A DNA stretch of 64,000 nt. Source: an uncultured delta proteobacterium (lineage in GTDB: Bacteria; Bdellovibrionota; FAC87; UBA2466). How positions within the stretch are numbered: the first letter of the stretch is position 1; each line of letters begins with the position of its first letter. The notes under the pieces are model-generated. The model ran no database searches. It worked only from the letters and a program-made list of their open reading frames with translations, and was not told the origin of the DNA. Shown here in pieces: positions 50,896-60,685 of the stretch. Made by a program: the position numbers and the translations under genes. The stretch spans positions 1,824,001-1,888,000 of the forward strand of contig CAVZSV010000004.1 of the NCBI GenBank assembly GCA_963778115.1, written 5' to 3'.

Positions 50896-51258
50896 TTAGT
50901 AACGATCGCGGCCACCGCCGCGTCCGCCGCTGCCGTAACCACCACGGCCACCACCGCCGCCGCCGCCTCCATAACCACCGCGTCCGCCACCGCCCCCGCC
51001 CCCTCGCTCTTCGCGGGGACGCGCTTCGTTTACCGTGAGGGCTCGGCCCTCTAAATCTTGGCCGTTAAATTTCGAGATGGCATCCGCAGCCTCCTCATCC
51101 GATCCCATTTCCACAAACCCAAAACCTTTGGAACGACCGGTATCGCGATCCATGATGATGTTCGCTGATTCCACCGTTCCTGCCTGTGAAAACAATTGGC
51201 TTAGTGATTCATCCGTTGCTGAGTAGGGCAAATTCCCTACATAGATTTTCTTACCCAC
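50896..51258 (-). CDS. RRM RNA-binding protein with Gly/Arg-rich tail
   Basis: IYVGNL (RNP2), KGFGFVEM (RNP1); GTG start with GGAGG RBS. Confidence 0.95.
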   Translation of the reverse strand: MGKKIYVGNLPYSATDESLSQLFSQAGTVESANIIMDRDTGRSKGFGFVEMGSDEEAADAISKFNGQDLEGRALTVNEARPREERGGGGGGGRGGYGGGGGGGGRGGYGSGGRGGGRDRY

Positions 51259-51497
51259 TGTTAATTCCTCCGAAGGTAGCCACTGACGAGAAAACACACC
51301 TGGCAACCTTGCGCAGAGGTCCTCGATCCTTAACTTGGCGGTGCCAGTTTAACAAAGGCCAGGCTTAAGAGTAAATCGAAACGTTGACGCACCTTTTCGC
51401 CGAATTTACGTCGATTTTCGACATCTAAAACCTTGTGAATTTTTGTCATTGCGATTGAGCAAGTCGTGAAGCAATCTCGTAGTCCAAGGAGACGAAT

Positions 51498-53111
51498 ATG
51501 CATAATAGGAATCTGCCGGGGAACAAAAATCGCAATCTTGCGATCCTAACCACTCTTATCTTGATGACTTCACACTCGCTCTTTGCGGCAAAGATTTTTG
51601 TGTATTGCTCCGAAGGAAGCCCCAGCACCTTTAATCCCGCTGCAGCAACCGATTCCTCTTCCCTGAACGCTGACAATGCGATCTTTAATCGCTTAGTCAC
51701 TTTTAAACGCGGAACCACAACCATCATTCCGGCGCTCGCGGAATCCTGGCAGGTTTCTAAAGATGGAAAGACTTACACTTTTAAACTCCGCAAAGGGGTT
51801 AAGTTCCAAACAACGGCACACTTTACCCCCAGTCGAAATTTCACGGCGGATGACGTTGTCTTTTCGATCGACCGACAGCGATTAAAAGAACACCCCTACC
51901 ATAATGTGGGAGGAGCGGCTTACGAATCCTTCGATTCCATGGGACTGGGAACACTTATCAAAGACGTCGCCAAAATAGATGACTACACGGTCCGCTTCAC
52001 TTTAAACAAACCTAGCAGTCCCTTCTTGGCCGATCTCACCATGGAATTTGCTTCGATCCTCTCGGCGGAATATGCGGCCGAGCTGACCAAAAAAGGAACC
52101 CCCGACAAAATTGATATCGAGCCCGTTGGAACAGGGGCTTTCATCTTCCTTCGCTATGATAAAGATCAGATGATTCGTTACAAAGCGAACCCCGATTACT
52201 GGGATGGGAAGCCAAAGATCGATCAACTTATCTTTTCCATCACGACCGATGCCAACGTTCGCCACCAGAAATTAAAGGCCGGTGAATGCCATCTGTTGGC
52301 CGAACCCTCGCCTAGCGATATCGAGATGATGAAGAAAGAGGCTGGTATCAAAGTGATGGAACTCGCCGGATTGAATGTCGCCTATTTAGCATTCAATACT
52401 CAAAAAAAGCCCTTTGATAATGTCCTCGTCCGACAAGCCGTCAGTCAGGCGCTTAACCGAAAATCCTATATTGAGGCCATTTACTTAGGCCACGCGAAGA
52501 TTGCTAAAAACGCACTCCCCTCCGGGATCTGGGGCTACAACAACAAAGTCGTCGATTACGGTTACTCGCCGGAAAAGGCCAAAGCGCTCTTAGCCAAAGC
52601 CGGCTATCCCAGTGGCTTTTCCATGGAGCTTTGGACGCTGCCCGTGTCTCGCGCTTACAATCCCGATGGAAAAAAGATGGGTGAGATGATGCAAGCAGAT
52701 CTCGCCAAAGTCGGAATCAAAGCGAAACTAGTAACGTACGACTGGCCCACTTACATTCAGAAAACCCGAGATGGCGAACACCAAGCCATGATGATGGGTT
52801 GGCAAAGCGACAACGGTGATCCGGATAACTTTTTGGAAGATCTGCTTAGTTGTGACGCCGTCACGGCCGGAGCCAACAGAGCGCGCTGGTGCTTCAAACC
52901 CTACGACCAACTCGTAGAGAAGGCGGCCGAAGTTTCTGACAAGAAAAAGCGAACCCAGCTTTACGAACAGGCCCAAGTCATTTTCAAAGAGCAAGCGCCC
53001 TGGGTAACGATCGCGACGGCTGTCTTTTATCGAGCCCTGTCGAATAAGGTGACTGGTTACATCATGGATCCTTTCAACCGCGACTTCTTCGATAAAGTGG
53101 ATCTTCAGTAA
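51498..53111 (+). CDS. dppA: Dipeptide ABC transporter substrate-binding protein
   Basis: VYCSEGSP..FNP, LAESW.VS.DG..YTF.LRKGVKF, PVSRAYNP. Confidence 0.9.
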   Translation: MHNRNLPGNKNRNLAILTTLILMTSHSLFAAKIFVYCSEGSPSTFNPAAATDSSSLNADNAIFNRLVTFKRGTTTIIPALAESWQVSKDGKTYTFKLRKGVKFQTTAHFTPSRNFTADDVVFSIDRQRLKEHPYHNVGGAAYESFDSMGLGTLIKDVAKIDDYTVRFTLNKPSSPFLADLTMEFASILSAEYAAELTKKGTPDKIDIEPVGTGAFIFLRYDKDQMIRYKANPDYWDGKPKIDQLIFSITTDANVRHQKLKAGECHLLAEPSPSDIEMMKKEAGIKVMELAGLNVAYLAFNTQKKPFDNVLVRQAVSQALNRKSYIEAIYLGHAKIAKNALPSGIWGYNNKVVDYGYSPEKAKALLAKAGYPSGFSMELWTLPVSRAYNPDGKKMGEMMQADLAKVGIKAKLVTYDWPTYIQKTRDGEHQAMMMGWQSDNGDPDNFLEDLLSCDAVTAGANRARWCFKPYDQLVEKAAEVSDKKKRTQLYEQAQVIFKEQAPWVTIATAVFYRALSNKVTGYIMDPFNRDFFDKVDLQ

Positions 53112-53135
53112 AGCACTTGGGGGGGAGGGGATGAA

Positions 53136-54149
53136 ATGCTTACCTATTTGATTCGCCGCTTTTCCGTGCTCATTCCTACTTTGATCGGAGTTACGATAGT
53201 CGCTTTTGGCCTTATTCGCCTGGTTCCCGGCGATCCGGTTCTGCTTCTTCTAGGCGAACGGGGCGCCTCCCCCGAAGTCTATCGATCGGTGAGACAGTCC
53301 TTAGGTTTAGACAAACCTCTTCTGATGCAATATGGGATTTTCTTACGCCAAGCCTTGAAAGGAGATCTGGGCGAATCGATCGTGTCCCACCGTCCTGTCT
53401 GGCAGGAGTTTAAAGATAGATTTCCCGCTACCGTCGAATTGGGAATGGGAGCGATGTTTCTTGCGATCGTGCTTGGCATCCCTCTCGGTATCATCGCCGC
53501 CGTAAAACGTAATTCTATATTCGACTATTCGTTTATAACCGCTTCTCTTATCGGCTATTCGATGCCGATCTTTTGGTGGGGACTTATCTTAATTCTTTTC
53601 TTTTCGGTATTGCTCGGTTGGACGCCGGTGTCGGGCAGAATCGCTATCGAATACGATATCGTTCCGCGGACCGGATTTCTGCTCATAGACTCTTTGCTCT
53701 CTGACGGCGGATGGCCAGCTTTTAGAAGTGCGCTGTCTCACTTGATACTTCCTTCGATAGCGCTGGGAACGATACCCTTGGCTGTCGTTTCACGAATGAC
53801 CCGGTCAAGTTTGCTAGAAGTATTAGGCGAAGATTACGTTCGAACAGCTCGTGCCAAAGGGCTCTCGGAAATGCGTGTTATCGGCATTCATGCGCTTCGC
53901 AATGCCATCGTTCCGATTCTTACCGTGATTGGGCTCATGTTCGGAACGATTGTGACGGGAGCCATCCTAACGGAAACCATCTTTTCTTGGCCCGGCATCG
54001 GAAAATGGATCGTTCTTAGTGTCACTGCCCGCGACTATCCGGTGATCCAAGGTGGCATTTTGCTCATTGCCCTGGCAGTGGTTACGATCAACCTCTTGGT
54101 AGATCTCTCTTACGCCGTCGTTAATCCTAGAATTCGAGATCTATTGTGA
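53136..54149 (+). CDS. dppB: Dipeptide ABC transporter permease
   Basis: PGDP, SMPIFWWG, DYVRTARAKGL. Confidence 0.92.
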   Translation: MLTYLIRRFSVLIPTLIGVTIVAFGLIRLVPGDPVLLLLGERGASPEVYRSVRQSLGLDKPLLMQYGIFLRQALKGDLGESIVSHRPVWQEFKDRFPATVELGMGAMFLAIVLGIPLGIIAAVKRNSIFDYSFITASLIGYSMPIFWWGLILILFFSVLLGWTPVSGRIAIEYDIVPRTGFLLIDSLLSDGGWPAFRSALSHLILPSIALGTIPLAVVSRMTRSSLLEVLGEDYVRTARAKGLSEMRVIGIHALRNAIVPILTVIGLMFGTIVTGAILTETIFSWPGIGKWIVLSVTARDYPVIQGGILLIALAVVTINLLVDLSYAVVNPRIRDLL

Positions 54150-55045
54150 CAAAACTAGCAACCGCTCCTCCAGACATTCTTTCCGAGCCGCATCCCGCTC
54201 GAGAGTTTTGGTATTTTTTCGCGAAAAACCGCGGAGCCGTCGTGGGCTTAGGGGTTATTTCAACTTTTCTTTTCGTTGCTACTTTCGCCCCATGGCTTGC
54301 GCCTAAAGATCCTTCTGCCCTTTTTGAAGGATACCTTCGTATACCCCCTTTCTGGACAAGCGGAGGATCCTTCCAATTTCCGTTGGGGACCGACGGGATT
54401 GGAAGAGATGTCCTTAGTCGACTCCTCTACGGCGCCCGCATCTCGATGGGAATCGGTTTCCTGGTGGTCTTTCTTTCCGCCGGAGTGGGTACCCTGTTAG
54501 GGCTGGTAGCCGGTTACATGGGTGGTCTGTTAGATCGGATCGTAATGCGATCGATGGATGTGCTGATGGCGCTTCCTAGCATTTTATTGGCTATCGTTGT
54601 GGTTTCTATTTTGGGCCCTTCCCTACTAAATGCGATCTTGGCGACTAGTATCGTTGCGGTTCCTAGTTTTGTACGTCTCGTCCGCGCATCGGTTCTCGAA
54701 CAGAAAGGTAAACCGTATGTCATCGCTTCCAAGACTTTTGGGGCTGGTCCGTTGCGCCAGATGTTCGTCAATATCCTTCCCAACTGTATGGCTCCGCTTA
54801 TCGTTCAAGCTACTTTAGGTTTTAGCGACGGTATTCTTAATGCCGCGGCTTTAGGTTTCTTAGGACTGGGGGCTCAGCCCCCCACCGCGGAATGGGGAAC
54901 GATGCTTTCCGACGCGCGATCCTTCATCGAAAGTGCACCCTGGTTAGTTACCCTTCCCGGCCTTTGTATTTTGCTAGTGGTGCTTGGATTTAATCTTTTG
55001 GGTGATGGTCTTAGAGATGCTTTAGATCCGAGGCTTCGGAAATGA
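54146..55045 (+). CDS. dppC: Dipeptide ABC transporter permease
   Basis: LGTD..GRD.LSR, GFLGLG.QPP..EWG, GDGLRDALDP. Confidence 0.92.
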   Translation: MTKLATAPPDILSEPHPAREFWYFFAKNRGAVVGLGVISTFLFVATFAPWLAPKDPSALFEGYLRIPPFWTSGGSFQFPLGTDGIGRDVLSRLLYGARISMGIGFLVVFLSAGVGTLLGLVAGYMGGLLDRIVMRSMDVLMALPSILLAIVVVSILGPSLLNAILATSIVAVPSFVRLVRASVLEQKGKPYVIASKTFGAGPLRQMFVNILPNCMAPLIVQATLGFSDGILNAAALGFLGLGAQPPTAEWGTMLSDARSFIESAPWLVTLPGLCILLVVLGFNLLGDGLRDALDPRLRK

Positions 55046-56025
55046 AAAAGCCATTGCTTGAAGTTTCAGATCTTAGAGTCACTTTCGATACGCTAAGGGG
55101 AAAGCTTACCGCCGTCGACGGAATAAGCTTTTCTCTTCAACCCGGGGAGACGCTTGGGATTGTCGGTGAATCAGGATGCGGAAAGAGTCTGACTAGTCTT
55201 GCCTTGATGCATCTACTTCCTCCCAACGCTACCATGACAACCTCCGTATTTCGCTTCGAGGACACTGACCTCCAAAAAATCAGCCCCAAGCGTTACCAGG
55301 ATCTCCGAGGAGGATCGATCTCGATGATATTTCAAGATCCGATGACCAGCCTTAACCCCTGCTTCACGGTGGGCTACCAATTAAAGGAAGTCTTAAGAGT
55401 GCACGGCAAGGCCAGCCGAACTCAAAGTCAGCAGCTAGCTTTGGATTTACTGAATCGCGTTGGAATTCCCGATGGGTACAGTCGAATGGAGTCTTACCCT
55501 CACCAACTTTCCGGTGGAATGTGCCAGCGTGTGATGATCGCAATGGCGATAGCTCTTCGGCCACAATTACTGATCGCCGATGAACCTACCACAGCGCTTG
55601 ATGTCACGATCCAGGCTCAAATTTTAGATCTGCTGCGTGAGCTTCAAGACAGTTACGGTATGGCCATGATTCTCATCAGCCATAACTTAGGAGTTGTCGC
55701 GCAAATGGCTTCGCGCATCGCCGTGATGTATGCGGGACAAATTGTCGAAATGGGTGATACCCGCGACGTCATTCAAAATCCTCGCCATCCCTATACCGCG
55801 GCACTTCTAGAATGTACGCCCGATGTCGATGACAAGATGGCAAAGACTGTGCTCCCCAGTATTAAGGGAATGGTCCCGGATTTGCTACGACGCCCGACGG
55901 GCTGTCAGTTTCATCCTCGATGCCGAAACGCTGAGGACAAATGCAGTGCCAGCGATGCCACGATTACGACATCGGAGAACCACAGCGTGAAATGTTTTTT
56001 CCCGTTGGGAGCCCGTCATGAATGA
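55042..56025 (+). CDS. dppD: Dipeptide ABC transporter ATPase
   Basis: [24 protein letters not shown]. Confidence 0.92.
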   Translation: MKKPLLEVSDLRVTFDTLRGKLTAVDGISFSLQPGETLGIVGESGCGKSLTSLALMHLLPPNATMTTSVFRFEDTDLQKISPKRYQDLRGGSISMIFQDPMTSLNPCFTVGYQLKEVLRVHGKASRTQSQQLALDLLNRVGIPDGYSRMESYPHQLSGGMCQRVMIAMAIALRPQLLIADEPTTALDVTIQAQILDLLRELQDSYGMAMILISHNLGVVAQMASRIAVMYAGQIVEMGDTRDVIQNPRHPYTAALLECTPDVDDKMAKTVLPSIKGMVPDLLRRPTGCQFHPRCRNAEDKCSASDATITTSENHSVKCFFPLGARHE

Positions 56026-56968
56026 GGCCCCGATGTTGCAGGTTGAAAAGATCAGTAAGCATTACCCCGTCCGCCGTTGGTTTAAAGAGGTGGGGACTGT
56101 TAAAGCGGTGGAAGGAATAAGTTTTCAGCTGGAAAGTAAAAAAACACTCGCTATCGTTGGAGAATCCGGTTGCGGCAAGACCACATTGGCAAAATGTCTC
56201 ATGCGTATTGAGACTCCGACCCAGGGCAGGATCCTGTGGCAAGGTAAGCCCATGAATAATCTCATCGCGACCGATTTTCGCCGTCATATTCAAATGATCT
56301 TCCAGGATCCGTATGGTTCGCTAAACCCCCGCAAGAAAGTGTGGAACATCATCTGCGAACCCCTTCGCATCAATACGAAACTGACCAAAGCCGAACTGAA
56401 GCAAAGCGCCATCGAGCTAATGGGCAAAGTAGGGTTACGTCCCGAACACGCCGGCCGCTACCCTCACATGTTTAGCGGAGGTCAACGACAACGAATAGGC
56501 ATTGCTCGGGCTTTGGCGCTTCGCCCCGAAGTACTCATTTGCGATGAACCAGTTTCGGCCTTGGACATTTCTATCCAAGCCCAAATTTTGAATTTACTTG
56601 TGGAGCTGCAAAAGGAACTGGCCCTTAGTTACCTTTTCATTTCTCACGATCTGGCGGTAGTCCGCCACATCGCGGATGAAGTCATGGTGATCTACTTGGG
56701 CAAAGTGGTGGAGCACGGCTCGGCCCAAGACCTGTTTCACAATCCCAAGCACCCCTACACCAAATCATTAATGGAGAGCACTCCGCACCTTAGATCTTTC
56801 GGACGCCCGAAACCGGCGGTTCGGGGAGAATTACCTTCGCCGATGAACCCGCCATCGGGGTGTGCTTTTCATAAGCGTTGCCCGATTGCTATCGATCGCT
56901 GTGGAATAGAAGAACCTCAGTTAGTGAACAAGGGGAAAGTTTGGGTAGCCTGTCATTTAGTGGAGTGA
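56018..56968 (+). CDS. dppF: Dipeptide ABC transporter ATPase
   Basis: GESGCGKT, YPHMFSGGQRQR, DEPVSALD. Confidence 0.92.
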   Translation: MNEAPMLQVEKISKHYPVRRWFKEVGTVKAVEGISFQLESKKTLAIVGESGCGKTTLAKCLMRIETPTQGRILWQGKPMNNLIATDFRRHIQMIFQDPYGSLNPRKKVWNIICEPLRINTKLTKAELKQSAIELMGKVGLRPEHAGRYPHMFSGGQRQRIGIARALALRPEVLICDEPVSALDISIQAQILNLLVELQKELALSYLFISHDLAVVRHIADEVMVIYLGKVVEHGSAQDLFHNPKHPYTKSLMESTPHLRSFGRPKPAVRGELPSPMNPPSGCAFHKRCPIAIDRCGIEEPQLVNKGKVWVACHLVE

Positions 56969-57070
56969 GTAGTCAGGGTTTTTTGGAAAAATAGAGTGAG
57001 TATTCATGGATACTCGCAACATATAAGTGTTTGAAATTGCATACTATTACTTGATTACCTCCCATAAGAA

Positions 57071-57180
57071 GCTAGAGCTAGTGCTACTGCTAGGGATCGA
57101 GGTGTGCGCTTCGCGCACGACGTTTTATTATGATGCGCGCGAAGCGCACGTCGATCACTAGCACTAGCACTAGCTCGAGC
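57071..57180. repeat. Long intergenic inverted repeat with hexamer sub-repeats
   Basis: About 45-bp arms GCTAGAGCTAGTGCTAC...GCGCTTCGCGC / GCGCGAAGCGC...CTAGCACTAGCTCGAGC. Confidence 0.8.
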
Positions 57181-57298
57181 CATTTCCCAATCCCACCTAC
57201 TAACTCCATTTTCTTCTCATTTTATTTTCATGTTCCACCGATACCTTTGTGGGAAGTGCCCAGTGGGCCAATTGCTTTACTCTTACGAAGGAAGCCAC

Positions 57299-58840
57299 AT
57301 GAAACGCTTCGATAACTTAAAAACGTGGATGGTACCAACGCTTCTGTTCTCGATGATGACCTTCATCTCTTGCGGTCATCATCAGAGCCGCAATAGTGAT
57401 GACCTTTTCTCGGGCGCAGATCAAGCGCAAGAGAGTAATGTCGCAGATGCTGGGAAATCCGATGACGACAGCAACAAAGTCGCCGAAGTCGAAGCCAAGA
57501 GCCCTGAGTTGACTCAGGCCGTTTCAAGCAATGACGCTTCCAAAGATAATAAAGACTCTGCCTCTCTTTCGGACACGGCTAAGAGCGACACCGCGAAAAC
57601 AGAGGCAAAGGCCGATGCCTCCAGCTTAGCGAACGATCCAGCAGATGCCGCGCTTGAGATTCCCAAAGATGGGGAAGCTTCCAGCAAAATCGATTTGATT
57701 CCCTCCGCGGAAAACACGGTTAGTGGTGATTCGAAAACAAACGCCACTCCGACCGACGCGATTCCTACTTTAGATGGCAAAATGGATGCGCCGGTGGCGG
57801 CCAGTTCTGACAAAGCTTCTATTGATGCTAAGTCGGAATTGACGCCCCAGGCCTCCACGGCTCCGGCCGCTCAATTAGCGGATGCTCCTACTACGACTGG
57901 CGTTCCTTCAGCGAGTGAACTCGCTCAAGACGCTAAATCAGTAGCTGCTGAGAGCAAGACGGAAGTCGCCCCGGCTCCTGAAGCACAAAGTAGCGAACAA
58001 ACCTCTTCGGCAGCTCCTGTAAAGACGGAAAAGACGGCAAGCGCTGTTCAAGCTTCCCCCAAAGCGACCGTGGCTCCCCAGATTCCCAAAGAGGTAGTTT
58101 GGCAAGGTAACCAAACGATGAACCGTTACTATTTTCTCCGTAAGGGCGATACGAACGTTTCCGTCTCGCAACTCATTTACGGAAATGACGGGCGTGCTCA
58201 AGACTTAAAGAAATGGAATTCCGGCAAATGGTCGACCGGTCGCATGATTCTGTTCATCTCTAGCAGCCGACCTGAAGATGCCGAAATGAAATCCTTCTAC
58301 GAAGAGAAAGGTATTGCCGCCGATTCTTATGTCGTGCAGTCGGGTGATTGGTTATCCAAAATTTCGATGAATACCTATGGCGATGCCAGCAGCTGGAAAG
58401 AGATCGCGGCAACCAATCAGCTCGCGTCTCCCGATACCATTACCACCGGCCAATCTTTGAAACTCTATCCGGCAAACCTCACCCCTTCCGACAAAGTTGC
58501 GATGGTGGAAGGTTCGCCTTCAGACGCTTTAGCGTCTCCTTCTAAGAGTGAGACCGTCGCGGCCAATACCGTAACTGACTTAGCCGATAGAAAGACGCTT
58601 TCCACAGATACGATCGGCACGAACGGTGATGAGGGGGTTATCGCTCCTCCGCCGACCCCAGTAGAAAAAGCCCCCGCTCAAGCAAAGGTAAAAGCCAAAC
58701 CAAGCAGCAAACTTGCCAGTCCTGAAATTGGCAACTTCGTCGCCCAAAACATCACTTGGTTAATTGGCGGCGCCATTGCAGTCATGCTGTTTTTCTTGTT
58801 CAGCCGACGCTTCCGTAAATCCAGCGATTTGGAAGAATAG
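57299..58840 (+). CDS. LysM-domain lipoprotein with long disordered linker and C-terminal TM helix
   Basis: Lipobox FISC; YVVQSGDWLSKIS...W.EIA..N...PD.I..GQ.L. Confidence 0.8.
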   Translation: MKRFDNLKTWMVPTLLFSMMTFISCGHHQSRNSDDLFSGADQAQESNVADAGKSDDDSNKVAEVEAKSPELTQAVSSNDASKDNKDSASLSDTAKSDTAKTEAKADASSLANDPADAALEIPKDGEASSKIDLIPSAENTVSGDSKTNATPTDAIPTLDGKMDAPVAASSDKASIDAKSELTPQASTAPAAQLADAPTTTGVPSASELAQDAKSVAAESKTEVAPAPEAQSSEQTSSAAPVKTEKTASAVQASPKATVAPQIPKEVVWQGNQTMNRYYFLRKGDTNVSVSQLIYGNDGRAQDLKKWNSGKWSTGRMILFISSSRPEDAEMKSFYEEKGIAADSYVVQSGDWLSKISMNTYGDASSWKEIAATNQLASPDTITTGQSLKLYPANLTPSDKVAMVEGSPSDALASPSKSETVAANTVTDLADRKTLSTDTIGTNGDEGVIAPPPTPVEKAPAQAKVKAKPSSKLASPEIGNFVAQNITWLIGGAIAVMLFFLFSRRFRKSSDLEE

Positions 58841-58919
58841 ATAAGCTGCGAACTAGACTGGAAAGATCGAGGCTTAGGTCGGATTAGACAATAACGCTCG
58901 CTACTGCTACGGGTAGACG

Positions 58920-59477
58920 ATGAGCAAAGCGTTTACTCGAGAAGATGACAATCAAGACGACGAGCCCGATGTCGAGCCGGTGGCCCCGGCAACGCCTGGA
59001 GGCAAGAATTACATCACTCCAGCCGGGGCGGAAAAGCTTCGGACCGAGCTTCACAAGCTCGTAACGGAGACCCGCCCGCATATCACTGAGGTTGTCGCCT
59101 GGGCGGCCTCTTTAGGCGACCGATCCGAAAACGCTGATTACATCTACAATAAGAGAAAACTGCGTGAAATCGATCGGCGAATTCGCTTCCTTACCAAGCG
59201 ATTGGAAATTGCCGAAGTCGTTGACCCTACGGCAAACCCCTCAAATACCGCGCACTTCGGCGCCACGGTTACCCTTCGGGAAGAGAACGGGACGGAAAAG
59301 ACCTTCTCGATCGTGGGAGTAGATGAAATCGACGTCAAAAAAGGGCGCATTAGCTGGGTATCCCCCTTGGGCAAAGCACTTCTTAAGGCCAAAGCCGGCG
59401 ATACCATTACCTTCCGCTCCCCCAAAGGGGAAGAAGACCTAGAGATAATATCCGTCGTCTATCTACCACTGCCCTAA
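58920..59477 (+). CDS. greB: Transcription elongation factor GreB
   Basis: WAASLGDRSENADYIY.K..LREIDRRIRFL, ISW.SP. Confidence 0.95.
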   Translation: MSKAFTREDDNQDDEPDVEPVAPATPGGKNYITPAGAEKLRTELHKLVTETRPHITEVVAWAASLGDRSENADYIYNKRKLREIDRRIRFLTKRLEIAEVVDPTANPSNTAHFGATVTLREENGTEKTFSIVGVDEIDVKKGRISWVSPLGKALLKAKAGDTITFRSPKGEEDLEIISVVYLPLP

Positions 59478-59666
59478 TTTCCGAGTCCCTTATCGCGAGG
59501 CATTAACCCCTTCAGGAGCGGCTATGCGCGATTTCGGGGGTAAGAATCGAAAAATTCGAAAAAAAGCTGTTCTTATACGTGCAAAACTAGGGCAATCTGC
59601 TAAATTAATTGGCCAATGCTGGGGGTCGCAGTTATGCTGGGGACCATTTTTTAGAGGACGTATCGT

Positions 59667-59837
59667 ATGAACAAATACAAGGTTGCAGAGACCATCGTGA
59701 ATAAGATCATCGTCGATCTGAAGACCAGAATCGAATCCGGCGTTAAGTGGGACGTAGCCGACGATGAGACGAATCAAGAGATCGCGGATAAGTGGGAAGA
59801 TATAGTCATTTCTGAGCTCGAAAAAGAGATCCACTAA
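59667..59837 (+). CDS. Small hypothetical protein (56 aa)
   Basis: GAGG RBS; MNKYKVAETIVNKIIVDLK...WEDIVISELEKEIH*; below the ORF-track cutoff. Confidence 0.55.
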   Translation: MNKYKVAETIVNKIIVDLKTRIESGVKWDVADDETNQEIADKWEDIVISELEKEIH

Positions 59838-59953
59838 GACCCGGCACTTACCTTAATGAAAACTCCGGGCCACTCAACGAGTGACCCCGAGTTGACTCAT
59901 AAGTAGACTTGATAAGTAGACTTAATAATTAATTCTCTTCTACACTTCGCCGA

Positions 59954-60199
59954 TTACTTCGTGGGCGGAGCTTCACCTTGTGGAGCTGCGGGGGCAGGTG
60001 CTGGCGCACCAGGAGCAGGTTGACCAGGAGCCGGCGCTACCGCGGGGTTAGCCCCGGGAGCTGCATTTTCTTGAGCTGTAGGCGCCGGAGGCGTTGGTGC
60101 TACCGCAGGCGCTTCTTCTTTTTTGGTACAGGCCACGTAAGCTAAGCCAAAGAGTGCAATGATTAGTAGTTTCTTTAGGTCCATGAGTTGTATCTCCAT
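59954..60199 (-). CDS. Small Pro/Ala-rich lipoprotein
   Basis: Lipobox YVAC then TKKEEAPA...; probable start 60184. Confidence 0.7.
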   Translation of the reverse strand: MEIQLMDLKKLLIIALFGLAYVACTKKEEAPAVAPTPPAPTAQENAAPGANPAVAPAPGQPAPGAPAPAPAAPQGEAPPTK

Positions 60200-60365
60200 G
60201 CTTGATTAAAATTACCCCCACCTTTTTCGTTGGACACATCCGTTCTGGGGCGATGACAAACGAATTGCGCCAGTATTGAACATTAATAGTGCTTCCATTC
60301 GTAGCGAGTTGCAACAAAAGCTCGCGGAAATACCGCTAGCATCCTTCAATAAGCCTGCCGCGATT

Positions 60366-60381
60366 TGGCATCGTGATTGCA
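60366..60381 (+). promoter_or_regulatory. Sigma-54 promoter
   Basis: TGGCAT-CGTGA-TTGCA. Confidence 0.7.
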
Positions 60382-60424
60382 TTTTTTTGGAGAACCAAAG
60401 GCCAACAACGACAGAGGAGTATTC

Positions 60425-60685
60425 ATGCAGGACTGGAAGAAAAGCCCCCTTTCCGATAACGACCGCAAAAGCCGAGTCCGCAGGACTCTTCGGCTAATTA
60501 AAGGGGGAAAAGACCTCTCCCTACCCCAGGTCGACAAAAGTGCATTAGACGAGGATCCCTTTTTGCGCGAGCATTTCCTGGGACGCCGCAAAGCGCAATC
60601 TCAGGTTTCACGAAACCCCTTGGAAAACGGACTACGTTATTTTCTGTTTGGTAGTCTGACGGAGACCCCGCCGGAAGCAGGCTAA
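60425..60685 (+). CDS. Small basic hypothetical protein
   Basis: GAGGAG RBS; downstream of the sigma-54 motif; contains LRLIKGGK. Confidence 0.55.
   Translation: MQDWKKSPLSDNDRKSRVRRTLRLIKGGKDLSLPQVDKSALDEDPFLREHFLGRRKAQSQVSRNPLENGLRYFLFGSLTETPPEAG

Noticed and set aside
51260..51370. Riboswitch upstream of the RRM gene
   Set aside because: Some pairing potential (CTGGCA/TGCCAG) but no recognisable aptamer consensus.
59490..59834. 114-aa minus-strand ORF
   Set aside because: Antisense to the better-supported 59667-59837 ORF.
59899..59923. Tandem ATAAGTAGACTT x2
   Set aside because: Only two copies between convergent genes, with no further support for function.
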